A stretch of DNA of 63,778 nt, filler included, from Octopus bimaculoides (taxonomy: Eukaryota), in assembly GCF_001194135.2 (NCBI RefSeq). It is 4 parts of 4 records of this genome, joined end to end, with 100 filler letters (N's around TTAATTAATTAA, not from the genome) between each part and the next. Parts side by side here need not be neighbours in the genome. Positions count along the whole stretch, not along the records: positions 1 to 24,912 come from NC_068990.1; 3 more parts are not named here. One strand, given 5' to 3'. The notes beneath the pieces were generated by a model. That model was not told where the DNA came from. It did no database searches and was given only the letters and a program-made list of their open reading frames with translations. Positions 1-11,099 of the stretch are shown here, piece by piece (the stretch's first letter is position 1; every line of letters begins with the position of its first letter). The position numbers were made by a program, and so were the translations under genes.

Positions 1-47
1 AACAAAAGTCAAACATAAAATAATAATAATAATAATAATAATAATAA
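1..47 (+). mobile_element. 3' terminus of an R4/Dong element plus (AAT)n tail (element continues left of the window)
   Basis: CAAAAGTCAAACATAAAATAATAAT at the window start matches the 3' end of the minus-strand Dong-type tip at 11690-11860; followed by ~9 AAT units. Confidence 0.55.
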
Positions 48-51
48 CTCG

Positions 52-1158
52 GTTGCACTACCTGAAAGACAATGACAATGCAAACTGCCGCCATCCTAAG
101 GTGAACGCGCACAGGCTATACATGAAGAAGTGTAAAGGTGAATAAGAAGAAACATGACAGATTATTTGGTGAAAAGATAACAAGACTTGTTACAGTATGC
201 TGCTAATGCAGAAGGATTTACCAACAATGGAGTTGAGAGTGCTAATGAATTCTGATCATGAACAGCCAATGTGAGAAAAGAAACACTAGTTTGCTTGGAA
301 TTATATGATCAGTTCCACTGTGAAACTAACAACGTAAAAGACCAGGAAGCATCATGAAGGTGACTCAGTAAGGGTGACCTGAAGAAGAAGACTAAAAGCC
401 TAATCATGGATGGCCAGGACCAGGCATTGAATATCAACTCAGTGAAAAGGGATATATACTACACAAGTGAAACAGACCTCTGCAGAATGTGTGGGAAGAA
501 GGTCAAATGTTTGACACGCATATTGTTAGTGCTTGTGGAAGTCTTGTGCAGAAAAAGTACAAGTGTAGACATAACAAGGTAGCCTAAAACCTTCACTAGT
601 TACTATGCCGGAAGTATGGATATGAAGTAATGGGCGTTTGGTACTAACATACACTGAAAAATGTAATGGATGAAAACAGGAAGGAAAAGATCCTCTGGGA
701 CTTTGACTTCCAGACAGACAAGGTTACTATATCCAGGCACGAGAGGCTGGATACAGTAACCTTTAGGAGGGACAAACAAGAGTGCCTTATAATAGATATG
801 GCAGTGTTATGAAATCAACATATCATGAAAGAAAGAGAAAAGATCAACAAATATGGAGACCTGAGAATTGAGATCGCCAACATGTGACAGTTACAAGAGT
901 CAAACAAAGGCTGTTCTTGTTGTCATCAGAGAATTGGGTTCAATATCATTCAACCTGAAGGCATGCCTGGACATTTTAGATATACCCTACAATCTTGATA
1001 TATGTCAAAAATTGGCTTTACTTGGAACTGCACACATACTGCATAAAGTACTGTCTGTCTGAGGTCATTGTTGCGACTTGACAGACTGTACAAGCCCCCC
1101 AGTACACACAATATCTTTAAACTACAACATCACAATAGTGGATATTGCATGACATTTT

Positions 1159-1190
<32 letters not shown>

Positions 1191-1222
1191 ATAATAATAA
1201 TAATAATAATAATAACAACAAT
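52..1222 (+). mobile_element. R4/Dong-clade non-LTR retrotransposon, 5'-truncated, degraded (copy 1)
   Basis: Manual translation: HPKVNAHRLY (post-RT HPKxDVDRLY motif), GQDQAL..CRMC..HIVSAC (CCHC knuckle), ILWDF..TD, IIDMAV..KE.EK..KYGDL (PD-D/ExK REL nuclease), ALLGTAHILHKVLSV*. Stops and frameshifts present; (CTA)n(ATA)n tail at ~1160-1222. Confidence 0.85.
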
Positions 1223-1224
1223 AA

Positions 1225-2261
1225 TTCAGGAACTTGGCATTAACCCTGAATTACACTACCATGTAAAAAGCAAAACGGATCAAACAGACTGCAAAAAAGA
1301 ATGGGCAGAAACAAATTGAGGAGCGGTGGAGCCAGAAACCTCTGCATGGACAGTATATACTTTGAAGCCAAAATGCTGATGTAACAACAATCCATCCATG
1401 GTTGAGAAGCTCAGGACTGAAAGCAGAGACTGAAGGTTTCATATTGGTAGCACAAGATCAAAGTTTGCTTATCAAAAACAACCAGGCTAACATTCTTCAA
1501 ACCCTAAATGTAGATTCTATGATACATTTGATGAAGCAATAGACCATCTTGTCTCAGGATGTCCTGTGCTGACACCAAACGAATATAAAAATCGCCATGA
1601 TAGGGTAGGACAGTATTTACATTGGAAAATATGTAAACAATACAAAATCAGCACTCCTGCTTACTAATATAAACATCATCTTAAGTCAGTCGTTGAAGGT
1701 AAAAATGTTACTATCCTCTGAAATTTTCCAGTCAACACCAACAGAACGATCCAGGCTAATCAACCAGACACAGTCATTAAAGGCGGAGAAGAAAATACTT
1801 GTAGATTAATAGATGTAAGTGTTCCCACTGATAAAAATATATCTGTAAAGGAATTTGATAAATTAAATAAATATAAGGACCTGGAAATTGAAATACAAAA
1901 GATGTGCTATCTTAAAGCGAGAATTGTTCCTGTTATTGTGAGTGCCCTAGGAATGATAAGAAAAGGATGTCAGAAACATCTAGATAATATCCCAGGAGAA
2001 CCATGGCTCAGAGAAATCCAAAACATTGTACTGACAAGTACTGCCCACATCCTTAGAAAAACCCTATCAATTTAAATGTATGTGATGTATTACATGAAGA
2101 CATTTCACTACTGCTCCTGTCACTTCCCCTCCCAAAGCTTTCAGTCATACTGTAACATCTCTTACCCTTCATTCGTTCTAGGATACCGGGTGTGTCTTGG
2201 TGAGTGATTGTAACAAACATGCAGATTAAAAGTAAATAATAATAATAACAATAACAACAAC

Positions 2262-2311
<50 letters not shown>
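1225..2311 (+). mobile_element. R4/Dong-clade 3' fragment (copy 2, different subfamily)
   Basis: WLRSSGLKAETEGFILVAQDQSL, HLVSGCPVL..YKNRHDRVGQYLHWKIC, NQPD..LIDVSVPTDKN..KYKDLEIE, TAHILRKTLSI*; (AAT/AAC)n tail at 2236-2311. Confidence 0.85.
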
Positions 2312-2313
<2 letters not shown>

Positions 2314-2990
2314 TGATTTAAAACTGGAAACGGAGGCTCTAATCTGTGCTATCCAAGAGCAAGCACTAAGAACAAATTACATAAAATACAGAATAGACAA
2401 CACAGCAGAAAGTGATAAGTGCAGAATCTGTGGACAAAACGGTGAAACTGTATGGCATATTACCAGCCAATGTATGACACTAGCCCAGAAGGAATATAAG
2501 AGATGCCATGACAATATAGCAAGGATTGTCCATTGAACATTGTGCAACAAGTATGGACTTGACAGAGTGAAAAATTGGTACGACCACAAACCTAAAGGCA
2601 TTGTCGCAAAGGGAAATGCAAAGATCTTATGGGATTTTATGATTCAGTGCGACCATGAGATAGAGAATAGGAAGCCAGACATAGTCTTAATTGAGAAAGA
2701 AAACAAACTATGCTGGATCACAGATATAGCATGCCCAGCTGACAACAAGGTATGTGATAAGGAAGAAAGAAAAGTCGACAGATATGACAGGTTAGCTTGG
2801 GAAGTTAAGCAATTGTAGTCGATGAAAAAAGTAGCAGTTGTCCCAATAATTGTCGGAGCCCTGGGAACAGTGAGCAAAAAACTCGAGAAGTACATGGAAC
2901 AAATAGGGGCTGCAATAAGAGTGGAGCACTTGCAGAAAACAGGACTGCTTGGAACTGCTCAAATACTCTGGAAAATACTCGAAAAATAAC
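2312..2990 (+). mobile_element. R4/Dong-clade 3' fragment (copy 3, third subfamily)
   Basis: Starts directly after the copy-2 tail: DLKLETEALICAIQEQALRTNY, CRICGQNGETVWHITSQC, ORF 2540-2818 ILWDFMIQCDHEIENRKPDIV..DIACPAD..KE, VVPIIVGALG, LQKTGLLGTAQIL. Confidence 0.85.
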
Positions 2991-2994
2991 CAGT

Positions 2995-3155
2995 GATTTC
3001 GGAGGAGGGGGTAAGTCGATTACATTGACCCCGGTGCTCAACTGGTACTTATTTTATTGACCCTCAGTGGAATTTGAACTCAGAACATGAAGAGGGACAA
3101 AATACCACTAAGTATTTTACTCAGCATGGTAACCAACCTGTCAGCTTGCCACCAT
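2995..3155 (-). mobile_element. tRNA-derived SINE, family A (partial)
   Basis: Reverse complement matches the family-A copies elsewhere in the window (B-box-like GAGTTCAAATTCC, AAAATAAGTACCAGTTGAGCAC, GTAATCGAC). Confidence 0.7.
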
Positions 3156-3210
3156 AATAATCTTGATAATATTGATAATAATAAAATAATAATATGATAT
3201 AATAAAATTG

Positions 3211-3756
3211 CCCTGATGCAGTACCAAGCAGTGGCTCTCATGGCTTTTGATCTTAACTGATTGGATGTGTTATCTTGTACATTGTTTTGTCTTGTTATAA
3301 AAGACAGGCTACAACAAATATTCTGCTCAATGCTACAGATTTGCTTGTCAGTTAACCATAACTAGTTGAGCATGTCCCTTAGTGGCTGATGGTATGTGCA
3401 TCACTGCTCATGAGCAGAAGTAGTGGGGGAGCATCATAGCCATGTATTGAGAGGTATTCTAAGGAGTTTAACTAATGCACCTCTGGAAACATGGGTGTTT
3501 CATTCAACATCCTTAAACAATTCTTATTCAAAGACTTTTTGAGCAGAACGGGCTACTTGACCTGAAGAGAATTTTAACTGGGCGCCACTTGCACGGTCAT
3601 GTACTGTTTATCTTGATATGAGATCAGCATGTTGTGAACATGTGGTGTGATGCATATGCCTTGTGTACCCTTATCAGAGAGGTAGTCATGATGGGTAAAT
3701 TGGGTTTTGTATATTTGTACTCCAGTGTCACTTTGATGGTATGCATTGCTCTCTCA

Positions 3757-3797
<41 letters not shown>
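3211..3797. mobile_element. ~550-bp non-coding interspersed element bounded by (AAT)n tracts
   Basis: More GC-balanced than its flanks, no coherent ORF and no tRNA head; AAT-rich tract on the left (3150-3205) and clean (AAT)n at 3760-3797. Repeat status is recalled, not shown within this window. Confidence 0.45.
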
Positions 3798-3798
<1 letters not shown>

Positions 3799-3949
3799 CC
3801 CTCAGATGCACTGCCACAGCAACATGTGTGTGAAAAGGCAAACACAAGGACTGCAATACCTCTATACAAAAAATGCATATGCATCCATATCTATCCATAT
3901 CAACACATTGCTGTTTCTTTTCGGTTTTGCACTCAATGATAATTATAAA

Positions 3950-4420
3950 TACGAAAGAAACATCAACAAATGTCTATGGGCAGTGTTCTGGCAAAAAACA
4001 AAGACGAACCCATAACAAATCCAACAAAAAAAACAAAAACAATGATGGACAGATAACCACGAATACTATGAAATCATTGATTTATGATTTACACACACTA
4101 CTATGCAATGCTCCTTCAAAAAACTACAGGGATAAACTCATACAGTGAATACCCAATAAAATGAACAATGCCCACATGTGCCATAGAATTCTGATACCTA
4201 ACAGAAGAACACAATTTGCTCTGCACAAACAGCACAATATAAAAACTAATATAACAGAAGACTCAAACCAAACCCCATAACAAAACATACTGATGCAATC
4301 CAATATTCCCCAAAGAAAAAGAAATGAAACACACCACCAGCACATCTATGCAGCAAGTTATGCAATAGAAAGCTACATGAAATTATCAGATGTCGAAAAA
4401 TAATAGTGGTGATGACAATG
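3950..4420 (+). mobile_element. Possible highly degraded L1-like ORF2 C-terminal remnant
   Basis: One frame with scattered stops reads KSLIYDLHTLLCNAP..RDKLIQ*IPNK..HMCHR, loosely like an L1/Tx1 C-terminal knuckle region. Weak. Confidence 0.25.
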
Positions 4421-4539
4421 GCGACGGACATTACCTTACGTCAGTTTATGAGAGGCAGGAGTTTACCTAGAAATTGGTTGTAACAGCGAATATGAGAATG
4501 GATCTTTAAGAATGAAGGCTTCTTGCTTAGCAATGGTTC

Positions 4540-5990
4540 AGTAAAGATGTAGACTGACCACAGCTGTTATCCTAAGCAAGTAATAGAGTATGAAGGAGGA
4601 AGTGGACCAGCAAAGAAAACAGGATAGTGATGCAGTACTACTTAGAAAGTGAACCTAAAAGAAAGGGCTATAGAAAACAGATGTTAACACTTTGGATAGA
4701 GAAGGGTATGTTTAAGGTGACTGAACAGAGACTAGTAGATAAAGCTAATGCTATTAGGAGAAGAAAGTGGATGACAGCATTGGGGGTAGAAGAAATCACA
4801 AGAGAACTGGAAAAGAAAGACCAGGCAGTAGGAAAGACAAACAACAACATAAGATATACAGCTCAAACCAAAGAGGAACCTAAAGGAAAAAATAATAATA
4901 GCACTACTAATAAGGAAGGGACAACTGGCACCAGTGATTTAAGCGAGGAAGATCCAAAGATTTTAGATGAATTGCAAGAAGTAATGAGTAAAGAAGTAAA
5001 AAAAAGATTGCCAGTATTAAAAGATATTAACAGAAGGAAGCTGCTAGATATGACTAGGAAAGTAAATTCTGTTATCAGTCAGATAGATACTAAAAATATT
5101 GATCTATGCAGGAGGGGTAGTAGTTACTAGAAGATTAGATATTCCATAAGGACAGATAAGAAGAGTGCAAATGTGGAAAAGGAGGCTACAAAATAAAGTG
5201 AAGACTTTAAGACAGGATCTGAGTAGAACAGAAGCCTGAAAACTGAAAAAGTTAGGAAACACAAGATTCAAATCTTCTCTTTAGAAAAGATACTTAGTCA
5301 AAGAGAAAGGATTTGGGGCAGACATAGGAAGAGTTGAAACAACGTATCATAGCAGTAGCAGCTAAGGTTTCCAGATAGAAAAGAATAGATAAGTATCAAC
5401 AGAAATTATTGCTGGCATCATCAAAATACTTGTGAAGGCTTGACAGGATAGTGCAGTGCATACACTGGTCAATATGCCACACATTGAACCTCTCTCACAA
5501 AAACAGCTGGTGGGAACACAAGCTGCCATAAGTGTCCAAAATATCAAGGTTACCATCCTTTGGAATTTCAGTGTTCAGAGTGTTGGAGGAATACAAGCAA
5601 ACCGATTTGATCTCATTGTGAAAATTTATATTGAAAAGACTTGTCTTCTGATTGATGTTGCAGCCCTGGCTGACAAAAACACATCTCTGAAGACGTTTGA
5701 AAAACTTAATCAGTATAAAAACCTGGATACTGAAATTGGGAGAATGTAGCATCACAAAACAACAATATCACCAATTATTATTGGGGCACTTGGAATGATA
5801 TCAAGACTAGCAATAGACCAAATCCCTGGCAGTCCTAAAATAAGTGAATTACAAAAGATCGTACTTATGGGTACCCCACATATTTTATGTAAATTCCTCT
5901 ATGTGTGCATATGTTTTATTGTTTTATTCCAGTTCAATGTGCACAAGTAAAATTCTTGAAAATTCAAATGCTTTCTATGAGGTTGTGCGA
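4540..5990 (+). mobile_element. R4/Dong element, internally deleted (N-terminus joined to REL domain, RT missing; copy 4)
   Basis: RRKWTSKENRIVMQYYLESEPKRKGYRKQM..LW..TEQRLVDKANAI (Dong N-terminal motif, ORF 4627-5130) and KQRIIAVAAKVSR..KYQQ; at ~5405-5410 it jumps to LASSKYL*RLDRIVQCIHW, ILWNFSVQ, LLIDVAALADKN..KYKNL, IVLMGTPHIL. Confidence 0.8.
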
Positions 5991-6005
5991 CCTTCTTAAC
6001 CACCC

Positions 6006-6053
6006 TCTCTCTGTCTGTCTCTGTCTGTCTCTTTCTCTCTCTATCACTCTCTA

Positions 6054-6128
<75 letters not shown>
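6006..6128. repeat. (TC)n-(TA)n compound microsatellite
   Basis: Seen directly. Confidence 0.95.
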
Positions 6129-6129
<1 letters not shown>

Positions 6130-6130
<1 letters not shown>

Positions 6131-6526
6131 TTTTATTCTTTTACTCATTTCAGTCATTTGACTGTGGCCAAGCTGGAGCACTGCCTTAAAGGGTTATAGT
6201 TGAAGAGCTCCACCCCAGGGCTTATTCTTTGTAAGTCTAGTACTTATTGTATTCGTCTCTTTTGCTGAACTGGGAAGTTACAGGGACATAAACACATCAG
6301 CATTGGTTGTCAAGCAATGGCAAGGGGACAAACACAGACACAAAGACACACACACACACACACACACACGATGGACTTTTTTTCAGTTTCCATCTACCAA
6401 ATCCACTCATGAAGCTTTGATCAGCCTGAGACTATACTAGAGAACACTTGACCAAGGTGTCACACAGTGGGACTGAACCCTGAACCATGTGGTTGGGAAG
6501 CAAGCTTCTTACCTCACAGCCACACC
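6130..6526 (-). mobile_element. tRNA-derived SINE, family B (CORE-like CCTTGG..AAGTG segment, internal (CA)n), full length
   Basis: Reverse complement is colinear with the plus-strand copy at 15248-15662, including the GGTTCAGTCCC B-box head and the GAAA..AGTAAAAGA tail. Confidence 0.85.
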
Positions 6527-7027
6527 ATATTTATATGCATGCACACATATACACACATATATACATACATGTAAATATGTATGCATTACTATATATATAT
6601 ATATATNNNNNNNNNNNNNNNNNNNNNNNNNNNNNNNNNNNNNNNNNNNNNNNNNNNNNNNNNNNNNNNNNNNNNNNNNNNNNNNNNNNNNNNNNNNNNN
6701 NNNNNNNNNNNNNNNNNNNNNNNNNNNNNNNNNNNNNNNNNNNNNNNNNNNNNNNNNNNNNNNNNNNNNNNNNNNNNNNNNNNNNNNNNNNNNNNNNNNN
6801 NNNNNNNNNNNNNNNNNNNNNNNNNNNNNNNNNNNNNNNNNNNNNNNNNNNNNNNNNNNNNNNNNNNNNNNNNNNNNNNNNNNNNNNNNNNNNNNNNNNN
6901 NNNNNNNNNNNNNNNNNNNNNNNNNNNNNNNNNNNNNNNNNNNNNNNNNNNNNNNNNNNNNNNNNNNNNNNNNNNNNNNNNNNNNNNNNNNNNNNNNNNN
7001 NNNNNNNNNNNNNNNNNNNNNNNNNNN

Positions 7028-7095
<68 letters not shown>

Positions 7096-7096
<1 letters not shown>

Positions 7097-7195
7097 CAGG
7101 CTTCTTTCAGTTTCTGTCTACTAAGTTCACTCACAAACCTTTGGTTGGTCTGAGGCTATAGTAGAAGGCTTTTTCTCCAGGTGCTGTGCAATGGG
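7096..7195 (-). mobile_element. SINE family B fragment
   Basis: GGCTTCTTTCAGTTTCTGTCTAC..GAGGCTATAGTAGAAG matches the family-B body; adjacent to (GA)n. Confidence 0.7.
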
Positions 7196-7699
7196 ACAAT
7201 AATATTATTCGTTGAGGAAACATCTCTGTTCTTTGAGTGACTATCTAAATAACTGATAATTCAGCAGCATTTTCAGTGGAGACTCATATGTTTGACAACA
7301 AATAAAGAAGAGGAAATTATGTGAAGCTTAAAGTATCTATTTCCTACTTGTTATGAATGGAGATAACACAATTTTGCTTTGATAAGAATAAGCTTAAACT
7401 GACTCACTGACTCAGTGCATTAAAAAGAAAACTTGGGGAACATTTTGTAGTAAGGCAGAATAATCCCATGTTTATAAGGCATTGGATTTTCATCTTGTGA
7501 GTGAAAACCAAGAGTAAGCAAAAGTTGTGGATTTGAAAATTTGAAAATACTCCACTAAACAGAGACAGGTTAGTATATGAAATACCTGGTTATAGATTCC
7601 ATAAGAATTTCTGCTTTTGCATAAGCAGAATCTGACACTAGAAATGACAATCAAAGGTGATCAACATACTGGTACATGAAATTGGTCAAGTGTACAAGC

Positions 7700-7860
7700 A
7701 CAGTTGTGTAGTTAAGAACCCCACTTTGCAACTAAGAGGATCTGAAATCAATCCATCAGCCTGATACTTTGGATACGCATACTCTGCTGTAATCTCAGGT
7801 TGACAAATACTTTCTGTGTAGAATTTGGTTGACAAAATCCTTCTGGAAGCCTGTTATATA
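7700..7860 (+). mobile_element. SINE family B, old degraded copy
   Basis: Colinear but diverged match to the family-B head and body. Confidence 0.5.
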
Positions 7861-8409
7861 TAAAACTAACAATACTTATTGGTTTTATGGTGTAATGACA
7901 CAAAACAAAAAGAGAAAAAATAGATAAGAGAGAGTGACTATCTGTCTCTCAGCAGAAAAGAGATGTATCAACTGTGAGTTTATGAGGGGTCATTAATTAA
8001 AAATCTCTAATTGTATAATAGATTGAGCTTTACTTGTAATAGCTGTAAATATGCAAAATTGTAATGGTTGCCATTAGTCAAGACTTAAATGATTGCTATT
8101 AGTCAACATATGTTACAGTAACGAATGGTTGTTTAATGGACAATAATAAAAATGTTAAATATCAAATGACAGGAAAAATGAAGGAAAAGTGTATGATTTA
8201 TAAATAAGTGTCAAAGTGAAAAAGTGAGACAATAGAATACAAAGTACTGTTTGATACACTTGATTGACATAATTTATATTATGGACAAAGATAAATTTGT
8301 TATATTTTTAACTTTGATCAGATTAATTTTGAACAGTTCTAGTAATTGTTAGCCTATCAAAGGTATTAAGCAGTTTATTTTCCTTTTGTTGCCTTTGTGA
8401 AAGAATAAT

Positions 8410-8625
8410 ACTTTTTTAACCAATGAGCAAGTGGTTGCTGTTCATGTTAGAAATAGCAGCTAAATCTCTCTCTGTCTCTAAATCAAATTCTTTCCTTTTG
8501 AAAAGAGAGCAATACATTAGAAATGTAGTTCTTGGTGCAAATAAACAAAATACATAGCAGGATGGTCATAGTTGGAGTGCATCTAATCATCAACTTTAAA
8601 CTGGGGCTAAACAACAAAAGCAACC
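8410..8625 (+). mobile_element. SINE-like 3' fragment, family D ((AAC)n tail)
   Basis: AAATAGCAGC.AAATC..GATGGTCATAGTTGGA..CTGG.G.TAA shared with the copy at ~58915-59090. Confidence 0.5.
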
Positions 8626-8880
8626 TTAACAGTGACCTCTCTTAAATTACTTTAAAGAAATTCATTATTTAACAACCCCACCACCCCACAAAATTGCTGT
8701 TGAAATGTGTGCCCACTTGGCTTTCAGTATGCACATAAAAGTACATAGTTTTTAACAATAAGAAAGCTATTTGTTTCATCTAAAAGTAAAAATAAAAATA
8801 CGAAAAAAAAGTAAACTCCATATAATAACAACAATAAAAGTAATAATACATTAGTATTTCACAAAAAAAAAAGGTCTTAC

Positions 8881-8939
8881 CTGAAGCATTGTTTTGTCTT
8901 TCAATTATTTACAACAATCCTTTGTTATAATACACACAC
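8881..8939 (-). pseudogene. Putative second SLC22 exon with in-frame stop
   Basis: Acceptor ATATCAG|G after a 50-nt intron restores the conserved R-C; reads RCVYYNKGLL*IIERQNNAS (NAS sequon); strong donor CAG|GTAAG at 8881/8880. TAA at 8910-8908. Confidence 0.35.
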
Positions 8940-8989
8940 CTGATATGCTAATAAGACTGGAAATTAAAAAAAAGGAAAAAATGTGTTAC

Positions 8990-9132
8990 CTGAATGCTGG
9001 GACTCTTAATATAAAGATAGCAAGGGCAAGTTGAAGTCCACCGCCAAGCCAAGGAACACTAAATATAGCAAGCTGGATCTTTTGGTAGCGTCCAAACCCA
9101 CCAATACTTGAAATGATAACTTCACTATCCAT
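8990..9132 (-). CDS. First coding exon of an SLC22-family (OCT/OAT/Orct-like) MFS transporter
   Basis: ATG at 9132-9130; MDSEVIISSIGGFGRYQKIQLAIFSVPWLGGGLQLALAIFILRVPAF-R shows the SLC22 N-terminal IGxFGRYQ motif, TM1 and P-x-(H/F)-R-C; ends at donor AG|GTAA (intron starts 8989, phase 2). Too short for the 60-aa ORF track. Confidence 0.8.
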
Positions 9133-9315
9133 TATATTTTATAATTTGAGAAAAAAATAATAAATTTAACAGTTTTGTTTGTTTTTCAATTATTACTTGA
9201 TAAAATAATTTTATCTAACACTTAAGCAGCTTATCATTATGCAATGCCAACTAACTATTAAAATTACTATAGGTAAGTTTTATTTATACTGCTATCATTA
9301 ATTTAATCTTTATTT

Positions 9316-10132
9316 AAGTTGGCAAGTTGGCAGAATCGTTAGAGCGCTGGACAAAATACTTAGTGGCATTTCATCTGTCATTACATTCTGATTTTAAATC
9401 CGCTGAGGTTGACTTTGCCTTTCATCCTTTTTGAGGCTGATAAAATAAGTACCAGTAGAATACTGGGGCTGATGTAATTGACTTATCCCCTTCCCCGAAA
9501 TTGCTGGCCTTGTGCCAAAATTTGAAATCATTAATTTAATTATTATTTACCCTTATTATTGCTTGATTGGCAATATTGTTAGACCACTGCTTTGCAGTAT
9601 TTGTTGCAGTTCTTTATGTTCTAAGTTCAAATCCCAATGAGATCAACTTAACCTGTCATCTCTCAGGCATTGATAAAATAAAGAACCATTTTCATGCTGA
9701 AGTCAATATAATTGACTAACCCCCTTCCCTTAATTTTAGGCTTTGTGTCCATGTTAGAAACAATTATTATTATTATGACATGGCAGTAAGGTGGTGAGTT
9801 GGTGGAATCATTAACATGCCAGACAAAATGCTTAGTGGCATTTCATCTGTTTATATTTTGTTGTGTCTTGAGAGAATCCTCTGTCTTTATGTTCTGAGTT
9901 CAAACTCTGCCAAGGTCAGCTTTGCCTTTCTTTCTTTCTTTCTTTCAGGAGTCAATGTAATTGACTTATCCCCTTACCCAAAATGTTGGCCTTGTGCCAA
10001 AATTTGAAATCATTATTACATGGCAGTAAGACAGTGAGCTGGCAGAATCAGTAACATGCCTGACATAATGCTTAATGACATTTTGCCTGTTTGTACATTC
10101 TGAGTTCAAATTCCACTGCAAAAATTTGAAAC

Positions 10133-10174
<42 letters not shown>

Positions 10175-10375
10175 GGCAGCGACCTGGCAGAATCATTAGT
10201 ATGCCAAACAAAATACTCTGCGGCATTTTGTCTATCTTTACATCCTGTGCTCAAATTCTGCTGAGATCAGCTTCGCATTTCATCCTTTGGGGTCATGCCA
10301 GTAAGTTACTGTGATCAATGTAACCGACAAGCCCCTGCCCCTAAAATTTCAGGTCTTGTACCAATAGTAGAAAGA
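9316..10375 (+). mobile_element. Cluster of five same-orientation family-A SINEs separated by (ATT)n
   Basis: Repeated units GAG.TGGCAGAATC.TTA..AAATGCTTAG.GGCATTT..TTCTGAGTTCAAAT..TTTGCCTTTCATCC..GCCTTGTGCCAAAATTTGAAA starting at ~9316, 9560, 9786, 10026 and 10172. Confidence 0.85.
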
Positions 10376-10388
10376 ATTATTATTATTA

Positions 10389-10975
10389 CTGTACTTCTCA
10401 GAGCTCTCAGTCTTACTTGCTCTGGGTGATTCTGTGAGAGCAGAGAGCAACCTGCTGTCAGACATCACACAGAGTCTCTTTCTGCAAATTATAAGCTTTG
10501 GTACTTGGATGTTAACTTATCATGGAAGACACTCAACACCCAAGCACTAATCTCAAAATCCTGGCTCTCCCCAATTTCTCTGACATATTTCTTGAACGTG
10601 GTTGTTAGTACTCCAAGTGCCCCTACAACTACTGGGATAATAGTTACTCTCCTCATTGCCCACATTCTTGCAGTTTCGTCTTTTAGTAGTCTGTATTTTT
10701 CCATCTTTTCCAGCTCTTTATCATCTACATGTGCATCCTCAGATATGACAATATCTATGATCTTCGTTTCCTTTATTCTTTTATCTACCATAACAATGTC
10801 TGGTTGCTGAACATCGATTAGGGACTCACACTGGATTGTAAAATCCCACAGGGTCTTATAGTCATTGTTCTTAGTGATGCCCTCTGGTTTATGCTTGTAC
10901 CATTTCTGTGTTCTGTCCAGAGTGTACTTTTCAAACAGTCTCCAGTGAACAAACTTAGCCACATTATCGTGTGTC
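10389..10975 (-). mobile_element. R4/Dong REL-domain fragment (copy 5)
   Basis: ORF 10489-10989: HDNVAKFVHW..LWDFTIQCE..QPDIVMVDK..IIDIVISED..KELEKMEKY..PVVVGALG; 3' end abuts the (ATT)n tract at 10376-10388. Confidence 0.85.
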
Positions 10976-11070
10976 AACTTGCCTTTCATCCTTTCAGGGT
11001 TGATAAAATAAGTACCAGTTGAGCACTGGGGTCAATCTGAAATTGTTGGCCTTGTGCCAAAATTTGAACC
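10976..11070 (+). mobile_element. SINE family A, 3' half
   Basis: TTGCCTTTCATCCTTTCAGGGTTGATAAAATAAGTACCAGTTGAGCACTGGGG..AAATTTGAA. Confidence 0.8.
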
Positions 11071-11099
11071 CATTATTATAACTATAATTATTATTATCA

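Noticed and set aside
4420-4500. HDV-like ribozyme at the Dong copy-4 5' end (GCGAA motif)
   Set aside because: I could not build P1 or a convincing P3.
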